Positions 48,146 to 56,949 of a stretch of 64,000 bases of DNA are shown here, piece by piece. Under the pieces are notes generated by a model. That model was not told the origin of the DNA. It saw nothing but the letters and a program-made list of their open reading frames with translations, and did not search any database. Made by a program: the position numbers and the translations under genes. The DNA lies in the IMG/VR virus record IMGVR_UViG_3300050821_001373, positions 1,472 to 65,471 of that record; one strand, given 5' to 3'. The stretch is from a virus (lineage: Duplodnaviria; Caudoviricetes). Within the stretch, counting starts at the first letter, position 1. Each line of letters starts with the position of its first letter.

Positions 48146-48729
48146 TGAGTCTGTACCAGCGCGGTCCCGTTCCAGAAATATTCGCTCTTTGCACCTGACA
48201 GAATAGGCAAGTTGATGCCTGTTCCAGTGACAGTGAGTAGGATAGTGCCAAGAAGCGACGGCGGCCCGATAACCTTGAGTTGATATCCGGGGTAGAGATT
48301 CGTTGTAGACACCGACATCGTCAACGTGTTCCCGATGAGGACAGTGCCGGTTAGTTGCCAGATCGGCGCACTCACCAGCGGTGTCACGTTGATAGTGCCG
48401 GACGTGGCCGAGCTAGTGGTAGGGACACCCAACGAGAAGTGCTGCCAAGCGTTGGCGATGCACTTGGCATTATTGGCCCCGCCGCCCAGGTCGGTGACAT
48501 AGGCTACCGAGCCGTAGGGAGTGGTAGTACCGTTGCATGTCGGAAGGGTGGCAACGGTGAATGAACCGACGAAATTTCCTGGAGTAACGCTGCATGTGGT
48601 CGTGCAGCCGTTGACCGAGCTAACACCACCCCCGCCTCCACCCCAATCGGCCTTGGCTACAATGAAGGGAGTACCAAAAACAGCGCCAGATAGAACTGCT
48701 ATCAGCGGCCAGTTGTGCGGCTTTACCAC
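48142..48729 (-). CDS. signal-peptide fibre/decoration-like protein
   Basis: Hydrophobic leader ending AKA|DW then poly-Gly; FTVATLPT...AYVTD motif; 4 Cys. Confidence 0.65.
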   Translation of the reverse strand: MVKPHNWPLIAVLSGAVFGTPFIVAKADWGGGGGGVSSVNGCTTTCSVTPGNFVGSFTVATLPTCNGTTTPYGSVAYVTDLGGGANNAKCIANAWQHFSLGVPTTSSATSGTINVTPLVSAPIWQLTGTVLIGNTLTMSVSTTNLYPGYQLKVIGPPSLLGTILLTVTGTGINLPILSGAKSEYFWNGTALVQTQ

Positions 48730-48755
48730 GATAACCCCCGTTGTTCAGGGTGCTA

Positions 48756-50696
48756 CTAAAACCAGGTACATGACCACTTATGTCCAGTTGTAGCAGCAAC
48801 CACAGATAGTGCCGTGTTCATACCAAATCCTTGAGGAGTGGTAAAGGAACCCGGTGAAGCAAAGGTTGTGGCAGTCGCAGCTTGCAGGGGATACGATGCC
48901 GCAGTGTTGGCGGCAGCGGTGGTGGTGAACGAAATCCACAGCGGCTCCGTCGTATCAATGTTGACGATTGTAAAGCCGTGCAGCGTGGTCTGGGCGGTAA
49001 AGGCGTTCTGCGCCGTGCCGCCCGTGGTGATCGTACCGGAGCAGTTGGTCGGGGTGACGTTGGATGGGCCCGCCTGCTGCACAACAATCTGACGTCCGGA
49101 CGTGTCCGTCGAGATCGAGCGCGCGTTGGTACCATCCGAGCCGGCTGTCAGGACGGGATTCCCCGATACCGCCGAGCCGGATGCAGCGTTGCCCTTGACG
49201 GCAACAGCAGCCTGATCCGATGCGATCACCACCGGGGATGAGTTGGCTGAGGTCGCCGAACCGTTCGCATTGGTGTTCTTGACGTTGACGAACAGAGAAC
49301 CGGTGTTGTCGCACTGCAAGACGCCGGCCTTGCCAGTGGTCAGCACCGCATAGCTGCTGATGAACAGACAGCCGGTCGGCGTGATGCTGGTGGTGCCCTG
49401 GGTGAACGCGGCTTGGTCGGCAAGCGCCGTACCGCCCGATCCAGCGCCAGCTTTGATGTTCACCAACAGGTTGCCGTTGGCGTCCATCTGGAGCGGCGAG
49501 ACGTTGCCCGAGGTGATCGTTGTCGGGGTCGTGTTGAATTGACCCAACGACAATTGGCCGTTGGTCGGGGTAGCGCCATTCTGGGTCGATGCGACAAGGC
49601 CCCATGCCGCAAGCGCAGACGGGACCACGGTTGCGTTGAGATTCGCCGCAGTGGCCTGTGCAGCCGTAACCGTTCCGGACACCGGCTGTGTCACGGCAGA
49701 CCCGTCAGTACGGAGTGCACCGGCCGTGGTCAGGCTGAGCGAGTTGGTCTGCGCCGTGGTATAGGTCGGGGCCGCGGTCGTGACGGCACCGAGCGCGAGA
49801 TTTCCGGTTTGCCCGGACGTGGTCGAGCCCAATGCCGCATTGGTTGGCTGGTTCGCCGAGGTCGCTGCGCCGGTCGGGAGCGGGAGGGCCGCAGCGGAAA
49901 TCGGGAAGGTCTGGCTGGTGCCGGGGCCGACAAACAGCGGGCTCGCCGCAGAGCCGATTTCCGTCCCGGCATTGTTGCGCAAATTGACGTGGCCTCCTCG
50001 CGCGCTCGTCATGCGCTGCATGGCCTGCGTGCCCGAGGTCAGCGTGGTAAGGCCGTCGTTGAACACACCGCCATAGGGTGCGAATACCGAGGCGCCCGCA
50101 GTGAATGCAGCCTGGTCCGTGCCGCTGGCGCCAGATCCACTGCAATTGGCGCAGTTGATGTATGCGAGGCCTCCCAAGACCTTCAGCATCGAGATCGTGC
50201 CGGCCGCCGTTCCGTCTACGGTGCCACCCACCAGAACAGGCGGGTTTGCCGCGGCGCTTCCGACCGCAGTCGGCCCGAATACTGCACCGCCGCCACCGCC
50301 ACCGCCTCCGCCACTTCCGGACCATGCAACCGGGCCATGACCCGATGCAAACGTGATACGGAGCGTCGTGGTGCCAGTCGCAGTAATCGCAGCGAGGTAG
50401 TTGCCGGGATTGAGCTGCAACGTGGTGCAGAACCCGCCGGAGAACGACATGCCATTGGTCGTTGCCGTCACAGTTGACGGGCCGATCGCAACGAAGGCTT
50501 CCACCGTGCCGATGTTGCAAACCAGAGCCTGAAGCGCGTTGTTCGCGTTCGTCGGGGCCGAGCTCGATGACGTCGCGCTGATCGTCGCCGTAGACGTCGC
50601 GGTGATCGGTCGGAAGCCGCCCGGGGTATCGGCATAGCTCGATACCGGGAAGAGGATGGAGATCGCCAGGGCGAGCGCGATACGGTGCTTGAGCAT
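48756..50696 (-). CDS. signal-peptide fibre/decoration-like protein
   Basis: MLKHRIALALAISILFPVSSYA|D; Thr/Ala-rich fibre repeats (DQAAFT x2, NPVL.AG.DGT x2); 8 Cys. Confidence 0.75.
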   Translation of the reverse strand: MLKHRIALALAISILFPVSSYADTPGGFRPITATSTATISATSSSSAPTNANNALQALVCNIGTVEAFVAIGPSTVTATTNGMSFSGGFCTTLQLNPGNYLAAITATGTTTLRITFASGHGPVAWSGSGGGGGGGGGAVFGPTAVGSAAANPPVLVGGTVDGTAAGTISMLKVLGGLAYINCANCSGSGASGTDQAAFTAGASVFAPYGGVFNDGLTTLTSGTQAMQRMTSARGGHVNLRNNAGTEIGSAASPLFVGPGTSQTFPISAAALPLPTGAATSANQPTNAALGSTTSGQTGNLALGAVTTAAPTYTTAQTNSLSLTTAGALRTDGSAVTQPVSGTVTAAQATAANLNATVVPSALAAWGLVASTQNGATPTNGQLSLGQFNTTPTTITSGNVSPLQMDANGNLLVNIKAGAGSGGTALADQAAFTQGTTSITPTGCLFISSYAVLTTGKAGVLQCDNTGSLFVNVKNTNANGSATSANSSPVVIASDQAAVAVKGNAASGSAVSGNPVLTAGSDGTNARSISTDTSGRQIVVQQAGPSNVTPTNCSGTITTGGTAQNAFTAQTTLHGFTIVNIDTTEPLWISFTTTAAANTAASYPLQAATATTFASPGSFTTPQGFGMNTALSVVAATTGHKWSCTWF

Positions 50697-50707
50697 GGAG
50701 CCTCTCT

Positions 50708-50732
50708 AAAAAGAAAGGCGCCCGGAGGCGCC
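50708..50732 (-). terminator. intrinsic terminator after capsid genes
   Basis: GGCGCC-TCCG-GGCGCC followed by TTTCTTTTT on the minus strand. Confidence 0.7.
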
Positions 50733-50745
50733 AATTTCTCCGGAC

Positions 50746-50943
50746 CTAGTCTTTGCCAAGATCCGGGTATTTTTCACGGACCTTGGCCCGGACTTTGGCC
50801 TTGAGTTCCGAGGTGCCGAACTCGCTCACTCTTCCCAGAGCGGCCTTCGCGTGAGATCGATCGTATACCGGATAAGACCTATCCGGTCCGGCGAAATCAC
50901 TGTCTGGCAGATCGTTCCGGGTTTCGGCGGTCAGCTTCGCCAT
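50746..50943 (-). CDS. conserved small phage protein
   Basis: MAKLT..RNDLPDSDFAGP.RSYP..DRSHA.AAL.R family. Confidence 0.7.
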   Translation of the reverse strand: MAKLTAETRNDLPDSDFAGPDRSYPVYDRSHAKAALGRVSEFGTSELKAKVRAKVREKYPDLGKD

Positions 50944-50944
50944 G

Positions 50945-51214
50945 TTACGGCTTTGCGGCTTCCGTGTTCTGGCCCGGCGACGCGGCCGAGCTGAACGGGG
51001 ACTTGTCCGAGCCTACACGTCCACCGCTGGCCCGGCGCGGCTTCTTGTCCATCCGAGCCTTGGGCTTGCCGCCCTCCGGCATCGCGACTTCCTTCTTGAC
51101 CGAGCCGCCCCGCTTCTTTTCCATGGCCTCTTTGACCACGTTCGAACCGGCACCGGAGTAGACTTCTCCACCCTTGGCCTTGCAGGACTTCATATGGCGC
51201 GCGCGTGACATCAA
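50945..51214 (-). CDS. small basic protein with repeated xxGGxV motifs
   Basis: KAKGGEV, KKRGGSV, RASGGRV. Confidence 0.65.
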   Translation of the reverse strand: MMSRARHMKSCKAKGGEVYSGAGSNVVKEAMEKKRGGSVKKEVAMPEGGKPKARMDKKPRRASGGRVGSDKSPFSSAASPGQNTEAAKP

Positions 51215-51227
51215 ATGACCTTTCAGG

Positions 51228-51944
51228 TTACATCGCGCTGGCGGCGCGGAGCGTGGAGGCGAGGATATAATCCGTGGTCATGGCGTTGATCGCAGCCGTG
51301 CCATTGCTGACAGCCATGGTGACGTTCAAAGCTGCGGTCGGAACGTTCGTGACTGGGAGCGAACCGACCAAGCTGTTGTTGAAGTATACAGCAACTGTGC
51401 CGCCAGTGTAGTGCATGCCAGCATTGACAAAGGTCGTATTCGCCAGCGTTCCGATATTGATCGTCGAGGTAGCAGACGCTTTTGTCACCTTCGCAGTAAG
51501 CGTGGTGCTCGCCGCCGACTTCTGTATGTAGAAGCCATTCGTGATAGCACTGAACGGCGTCGCATCTGCGATCAGGCCGATTACAAACGCGGCATTCGTA
51601 GCGTTCGTAAGCTGGAAGCGAGTCTTGATCCAGCAGTCCTGGTTCGGCGTGATAATAAACGACGTTGCCCTGAGCTGCAGAATGTTCGAGTCGTTATTTG
51701 CCGCGGTCGTGTTCTGGATTAACTGACCGCCGTCGCCACCGGCAACGAGCGCGGAGGTTCCGCCGCCCGTTCCAGTCGCAACCCAAGTGGCAGCACCAGC
51801 CGCACCAACGATGTACGAATCGAAGTCATCGAAGAATGTGTGCATCAGCGACGGGTCAGGCGCTACATACTGCGACGTAACCGTGCCGACGCTGGCGTTG
51901 TTCACCCCATTGGGGTAGCTTGTAGCCGAGTAACCGTTGGGCAT
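51228..51944 (-). CDS. capsid-associated/decoration protein
   Basis: Directly after MCP; HTFFDDFD, beta-rich ConA-like; AGGAG RBS. Confidence 0.6.
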   Translation of the reverse strand: MPNGYSATSYPNGVNNASVGTVTSQYVAPDPSLMHTFFDDFDSYIVGAAGAATWVATGTGGGTSALVAGGDGGQLIQNTTAANNDSNILQLRATSFIITPNQDCWIKTRFQLTNATNAAFVIGLIADATPFSAITNGFYIQKSAASTTLTAKVTKASATSTINIGTLANTTFVNAGMHYTGGTVAVYFNNSLVGSLPVTNVPTAALNVTMAVSNGTAAINAMTTDYILASTLRAASAM

Positions 51945-51956
51945 GTACGGCTCCTA

Positions 51957-52871
51957 TTACGAGGTCGGGTTGGAGCCGTACAGCGCGCGGGGCTCATTAT
52001 ACGAGTAGCTATTACGCTCGTAGCCCTTGACGAGAAGGTTGTCGGTCGAGAACTCGACCGAGAGGTCCGACTCATACGGTACGCGGTTCATATAGACCAG
52101 ACCGTCCTGATTGGTCTGGAGGAACCACGAGAACTGCGACGTGAGATAGTTCCAGACGAGATAGCCGTCCGGGACGCCGCCCTGAGTGGACAGGATCGCG
52201 TTGACATCGTTGTTGCCGGTGCCGGGCCGCAGCTCGGTCTTGAGCAGGCGGATGGCAGTGGGCTCGAGTTGCGGCGGAATGATGAGCCGGCGCGGCTTGG
52301 CGTTCATGCGCTGGTTGGCGTTGTCGCGGAAGTTCGCGTTGATCGCCACCTGGGCATTGAGCAGCGAGGTCTCGTTCAGGGACGCCGCAGGAGATGCGAG
52401 GTTCGAGAACGTGCCGCTGTCCACCGGATGTGCCGTGGAAAGGAGTGCCTGACCGTCGCCGCCGATCGCGTTGTTGTAGACCGTGGCGCTGTTGAACACG
52501 TCGGCCGCAAACGCCTCATTGGTACGATAGAAGGCCTCGTTGAGGCCCATCACGGCCGGGCCAAACTCGGTCTTGTAGAGGTTGTCGTCGATGGCCTTCC
52601 GTGTAATCGCGAACAGGACAGCCAGCTCGTTGTGAGTCTGGTTGTACGTGTAGCGCTGACCGGAGGCGTTGTCCGCCTGGGTAGGCGCGCCTTCCTGCTT
52701 CACATAGGCCTGCGCCAGGTAGCGCATGCTGGTCGACTGTTCGAGCGCCATGTTCGACTTGCGCTCTTTGAAGATCTGCTTGCGGACGGCCGGGAGCTGA
52801 TCGTACTTTCCCGTAACGGACCAGAGGCCGGGGAGAAGCAGATTGCGGATTGAACTGAGAGCAATAGGCAT
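51957..52871 (-). CDS. major capsid protein
   Basis: LLLPGL, FAITRKAIDDNLY, GGDGQALLSTAHP, LNETSL, LIIPPQL, ERNSY..EPR motifs. Confidence 0.85.
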   Translation of the reverse strand: MPIALSSIRNLLLPGLWSVTGKYDQLPAVRKQIFKERKSNMALEQSTSMRYLAQAYVKQEGAPTQADNASGQRYTYNQTHNELAVLFAITRKAIDDNLYKTEFGPAVMGLNEAFYRTNEAFAADVFNSATVYNNAIGGDGQALLSTAHPVDSGTFSNLASPAASLNETSLLNAQVAINANFRDNANQRMNAKPRRLIIPPQLEPTAIRLLKTELRPGTGNNDVNAILSTQGGVPDGYLVWNYLTSQFSWFLQTNQDGLVYMNRVPYESDLSVEFSTDNLLVKGYERNSYSYNEPRALYGSNPTS

Positions 52872-52884
52872 TGATCAAATCCCC

Positions 52885-53478
52885 TTAGACGATGCCGGTG
52901 AGGGACTTGCGATCCCAGTTGTTCGCAGTCACGATCACCCGGTTGTTCGCCGAGGTGTTGTCCGTGCCGTCGGTGCCCGGAGGCGCGAAGTCGGAGTAAA
53001 GCCCGACGATGCGGAAGGGCAACGTGTTGGTGGTGCTGATCGTGGTCTGGCTGACCGAGGAAGTGGCAAAGCCGGTCGTGGCGTTCGGCGTGCCGGCGAG
53101 GAAGTTGATGTTCGCCTGGATATCCGAGAACACGATGGCCGAATTGTCCGACTGGACGACGAACATGCTCTGCGGGTCATCGCAGATGTACGCCTTCACC
53201 GGGCCACTGGCGCCGGAGCCGGGATAATTGGGGGCCCAGACACGGCGGCCGATCGCGGTCGACAGATATTCGCATCCGTAAAAGATGCCGTCGATCTGCG
53301 TGGTGCCGGGAGCTGAAGCAGAGACGAAGCCAGATCCCTGCGACGTGATCGGGTCGCCGTAGCCGACGGCCGCGGTGTCGGTGCTGGCGATGAGGCGGGT
53401 GGTGAGGCCTGCGGTGGGCGAACCACCTTCAAGGCGACCGAAATACTGGAAGCCGTTGGGAGATAACGTATTAGCCAC
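52885..53478 (-). CDS. capsid decoration/minor capsid protein
   Basis: MAN..SPNGF, GIFYGCEY, AYICDDP, LPFRIVG; directly upstream of MCP. Confidence 0.7.
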   Translation of the reverse strand: MANTLSPNGFQYFGRLEGGSPTAGLTTRLIASTDTAAVGYGDPITSQGSGFVSASAPGTTQIDGIFYGCEYLSTAIGRRVWAPNYPGSGASGPVKAYICDDPQSMFVVQSDNSAIVFSDIQANINFLAGTPNATTGFATSSVSQTTISTTNTLPFRIVGLYSDFAPPGTDGTDNTSANNRVIVTANNWDRKSLTGIV

Positions 53479-53569
53479 GCTAATAGCATCCTTTTGCGGA
53501 CCCTATTCCCGCGAGCCTCGCGGTTAGGGCGAAAAGGACGGCAGCGCGCCACCCAATGAATTTAGATGA

Positions 53570-53599
53570 TCGCTATCACACGGAATATGGTATTGTCAA
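53570..53599 (-). promoter_or_regulatory. candidate promoter of the capsid operon
   Basis: TTGACA-18 nt-(TG)n TAGCGA, intergenic. Confidence 0.45.
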
Positions 53600-53796
53600 A
53601 TGGCTCCAAACGAGGAGGACGGAATGACGAAACAACCGAAATCTGCACCGAAGCCACCCGCTGGCTGGGGCGCTGCTGCGTGCTGCCCGATGGTGGATCA
53701 CAGCGGCCGCGTCACGAACGTCGAGAAGCGCCGCTATCGGATCGTCTATCAGCGGCGCATCACGCTCGACGAGGCCATTGAGCAGGGGTTGTTCCC

Positions 53797-54075
53797 ATGA
53801 CGACGCGCCGTGGCTTCATCACCGGCCTGATCTCGTTCGTGGCCGCGCCGGCCATCGTGCGCGCGGAAAGCTTGATGAAGCTTCCACGTCCCCGCGTCGA
53901 ACTGCTGGAGCCCTATGGCCGCAGTCCAGTGCTGGCCGCCTTGCAGAACTTGAGGGACGCGGAGGAAGCCCTGTACATCAGCACCGCGATCCCGATGGCG
54001 GAATGGCGGTTGATGAACCAGGCACGCCCAGAGTTTGACGGTTTCATTGATATACCATTCAGGACCATCTCATGA
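53797..54075 (+). CDS. small protein with twin-arginine (Tat)-like leader
   Basis: MTTRRGFITGLISFVAAPAIVRA. Confidence 0.6.
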   Translation: MTTRRGFITGLISFVAAPAIVRAESLMKLPRPRVELLEPYGRSPVLAALQNLRDAEEALYISTAIPMAEWRLMNQARPEFDGFIDIPFRTIS

Positions 54076-54225
54076 CGCCGCCACTCTGTGACGATTGCGC
54101 GCCGGCGGACCTCAAATCCGCCGGCGGCCCCAAATGCTATGCGTTCTGCACGGGCTGCGGGATCAAGCGCGCGTGCTTCGGGGATGATCCGGATCCTCTG
54201 CCGGCTCGGGTGCCTCGCCCTCGCC

Positions 54226-54537
54226 TCAGCGCTTCGCAGGCCTGAAGCCTAGCATAAGTTCTGACGGTGCCCGAACCTCATCCAGGAATGTCTTGAACCC
54301 GTAGATGGCGTCGACCGGATCTACCGCCACCTTCGGTGCAAACTCGATCTTCAAATCGAAACCAAGCCCCTCAGCCAAGGCTCGTGCGGTTTCTATGCTC
54401 GTGTTCGCGCCGCTCTCGATCTTGACTATGGCGGCACGACTAACGCCAGATCGATTGCACAACCCTTCTTGTGTCACCCCCTGTGCACGACGAGCGGCGA
54501 GCAGGATATCCCCAAATACCGGCTGCTTGGGCATCAT
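54226..54537 (-). CDS. XRE-family HTH regulator
   Basis: ARRAQGVTQEGLCNRSGVSRAAIVKIESG. Confidence 0.8.
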   Translation of the reverse strand: MMPKQPVFGDILLAARRAQGVTQEGLCNRSGVSRAAIVKIESGANTSIETARALAEGLGFDLKIEFAPKVAVDPVDAIYGFKTFLDEVRAPSELMLGFRPAKR

Positions 54538-54779
54538 GCGACCACCTTCTGCGAGCCAAACACGCGGAAAGTGACGTGCATCATCGTCTTGAGTCCGGTC
54601 TTGCGGTAGATCTCCATGCGGTAATCTTCGACCGTCCGATGGCTGATCCCGAGCGACATCGCGACTTCCTTGGTGCTCATGCCCTGCACCGTCAGGGCAC
54701 ACACCTTGCGCTCCCGCAGCGTCAGCTCAGGAAACACATCTCCCACGCTGATCGGCGCGATCTCAATAACGTCTTCCAT
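54534..54779 (-). CDS. stand-alone LuxR-type HTH regulator
   Basis: LTLRERKV...GMSTKEVAMSLGISHRTVEDYRMEIYRKTG. Confidence 0.85.
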   Translation of the reverse strand: MEDVIEIAPISVGDVFPELTLRERKVCALTVQGMSTKEVAMSLGISHRTVEDYRMEIYRKTGLKTMMHVTFRVFGSQKVVA

Positions 54780-54980
54780 TCTGGATTCCCCCTATGTGCG
54801 TGCGAAATTCATGAAGAGAACAATCAACAGCAAAACGCCGCTAAGAAATGCGATCAACAGTCCCACCTTGCTGCGTCGGACGTATTTTGCGCAAATCTCA
54901 TCGTCCAAATGGCGAAGATCCCGGCTGAATTGCATGTGACGCACCCCACAAATCACAGTGATAGTACGGCGGGGTGATGC

Positions 54981-55013
54981 AAAAATAAAGGCCCTTCTGG
55001 GGGAGAAGGGCCT
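54981..55013 (-). terminator. intrinsic terminator after lysis cassette
   Basis: AGGCCCTTCT-5 nt-AGAAGGGCCT 10-bp stem followed by TTATTTTT on the minus strand. Confidence 0.75.
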
Positions 55014-55109
55014 AAAGTCAAGGGGAGGAAGTTAACACCAGAGACGCGGCGAAACGCAGAACGTCGCCACGCAGCGTCTATACCCGCAATCGAAGCCTAG
55101 CGCAACAAG

Positions 55110-55307
55110 CTATATCTTGCACTCCCGCTGGATCAGATAGATCTGGCGCAAGGTGATTCCATGCTCCATGGCCCACACGATCGAGGCGGCTCGGCCATGC
55201 TCAGCGACGAAACGCCGGATATCCTCGCAAGAATAGCCCGGAGGCAGCGACGTTGGCGCCACCAAGGCGAGCAGCACGACACCGGCCAGCATTAGGATAT
55301 CGCCCAT
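55110..55307 (-). CDS. small putatively exported protein
   Basis: Hydrophobic leader then SCEDIRRFV...REC; start uncertain. Confidence 0.5.
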   Translation of the reverse strand: MGDILMLAGVVLLALVAPTSLPPGYSCEDIRRFVAEHGRAASIVWAMEHGITLRQIYLIQRECKI

Positions 55308-55669
55308 ACGATATAGGCCACATCGACGCCGACAAGAGCAAGCCAAAGCCAATTGCCAAACCGGCTATACGACAGCACTGCGACGATCATAATGTGAGCG
55401 ATAGCAATAACTTGCTGCCCGATCGTCTTTCCGACAACAACCGCGTTGAACAGCCAAATCACGTAGCCGATAATCAGTCCGCCCGTGTCATGCAGCCACA
55501 TGCTGATCAGAAGTCCAAACACGAACCTCCGAACGTCTCCAGGAGCAATCGCGCTCGGGACTGGAAACCAGATCGCATACGCCCAATAGAAGAGGAGAAC
55601 AAACCATGTAGCCTGCTGATTGATAGTGCGAACGCTGTTCGAAAGCTCGAAAATGAAGTTAGCCATCAA
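55292..55669 (-). CDS. multi-pass membrane protein
   Basis: About four hydrophobic segments. Confidence 0.6.
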   Translation of the reverse strand: MMANFIFELSNSVRTINQQATWFVLLFYWAYAIWFPVPSAIAPGDVRRFVFGLLISMWLHDTGGLIIGYVIWLFNAVVVGKTIGQQVIAIAHIMIVAVLSYSRFGNWLWLALVGVDVAYIVWAIS

Positions 55670-55905
55670 TCACCATCCATCGCTCGGTAATTATTAAACA
55701 ATTCGAAAAATGCCGTGATCGGGTCCGGCGCGGATGTGTAGGGTTTCAGCACTCGATGAAGGTCGTCAGTGCTGCGGCTGACCTTGTCGGCCGTACCGCT
55801 CAGGCGGCGCGTTGCCTGCTCGAGACGAAGATTGGCTTGACGCACCTGGTGCATCGCTATCGCAGCGTTCATATCCCGAGCCTTTCGCCAGAGATACCGG
55901 AGCAT
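55666..55905 (-). CDS. hypothetical protein
   Basis: Coupled ORF in lysis region. Confidence 0.5.
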   Translation of the reverse strand: MLRYLWRKARDMNAAIAMHQVRQANLRLEQATRRLSGTADKVSRSTDDLHRVLKPYTSAPDPITAFFELFNNYRAMDGD

Positions 55906-55908
55906 TGG

Positions 55909-56202
55909 TCACTTCCGGGATGCGTGCGACGCGAACACGCTTTGGATCGCAACAACGAGGGCTTCAACTCTGCTGATCGACTTGTCGATCGCCACCACTG
56001 CATTCGTGACGTTGGCAAGGCCGCCGACCGATTCGCGTGTAAGGTCGACGATGGTTTTGTACTGAGCCTCAATTATTCGGTCCTTTTCCTTGCCATCCTG
56101 ACGTTGGAAAAACCACATCAGCAAGGCAAGAGCGGCTATACCTAGCGGGCTGCCCGTCAAGATAACATTGACGAGCTTATCGATCGGGAACCCATCCACC
56201 AT
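55909..56202 (-). CDS. single-TM coiled-coil protein (holin or inner-membrane spanin candidate)
   Basis: TM LGIAALALLMWFF followed by coiled coil. Confidence 0.55.
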   Translation of the reverse strand: MVDGFPIDKLVNVILTGSPLGIAALALLMWFFQRQDGKEKDRIIEAQYKTIVDLTRESVGGLANVTNAVVAIDKSISRVEALVVAIQSVFASHASRK

Positions 56203-56242
56203 CGTCTATTGTTCCCGTCAAGTCCACTGCTTCACATTTGGA

Positions 56243-56530
56243 TTACGACGCAGCGTCCTGTGCCTTCGCCGCCGCCAGCGCTGCCGTGAACTCGGCATCG
56301 TATTGGGCCGACATGGCGTCGAGAGCGTCCCATTGAGAATCTGTGATGTCGTCACTTTCCTGCAAGGCGCTGATGATGTTTTGAACGATTGGCAAAAGGT
56401 CACGATATTCAGCAATCAGGACAGGCACGAGTGCCGTCAGGATCGAGATGACCTGACCGATGATCTGCGTCGTGGCACCCGGCGCAAGCTGCTGCAGCAG
56501 CGCGAGAAGCGGAGTGATGATGGCCTGCAT
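56243..56530 (-). CDS. hypothetical amphipathic protein
   Basis: Abuts the lipoprotein gene. Confidence 0.6.
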   Translation of the reverse strand: MQAIITPLLALLQQLAPGATTQIIGQVISILTALVPVLIAEYRDLLPIVQNIISALQESDDITDSQWDALDAMSAQYDAEFTAALAAAKAQDAAS

Positions 56531-56938
56531 TTACTTGCTCCCGATTCCATAGATGTTCATGATGTTCTGCAGCGATTCCGTTGCGGCGACGAGGGTGTTG
56601 TAGAGCCCGGCATCGGCGAGCGTGCCCGGATTCGCCTTCATGAAGCCTCGGAGATCGTTACGAGCCTTGATGCCGGCATTGAACGGTGCATCCAGAGCCT
56701 CGGCTGCGCCCTTGACGCGGCAGAGATTGCCGACTCCAGTGCACATCGGCAGCTTGAGATAGTTCGTTGCAGACCGCTCCGCGGCATTGAACACGTTGAT
56801 GGCGATATAGGCCGTCTTGCTCTTGACCTTGACGTCGCCAGCGACCTCGATCGCCTGACCGATTTTCTGGAAGGTGGTGCACGCTGGCAGCGAGGCAAGA
56901 CTGGCCGCGAGCGCGATAGAAAGGATGATTTTCCGCAC
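56531..56938 (-). CDS. lipoprotein (outer-membrane spanin candidate)
   Basis: MRKIILSIALAASLASLPA|C lipobox-like; AAGGAG RBS. Confidence 0.65.
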   Translation of the reverse strand: MRKIILSIALAASLASLPACTTFQKIGQAIEVAGDVKVKSKTAYIAINVFNAAERSATNYLKLPMCTGVGNLCRVKGAAEALDAPFNAGIKARNDLRGFMKANPGTLADAGLYNTLVAATESLQNIMNIYGIGSK

Positions 56939-56949
56939 GAACTTGCTCC

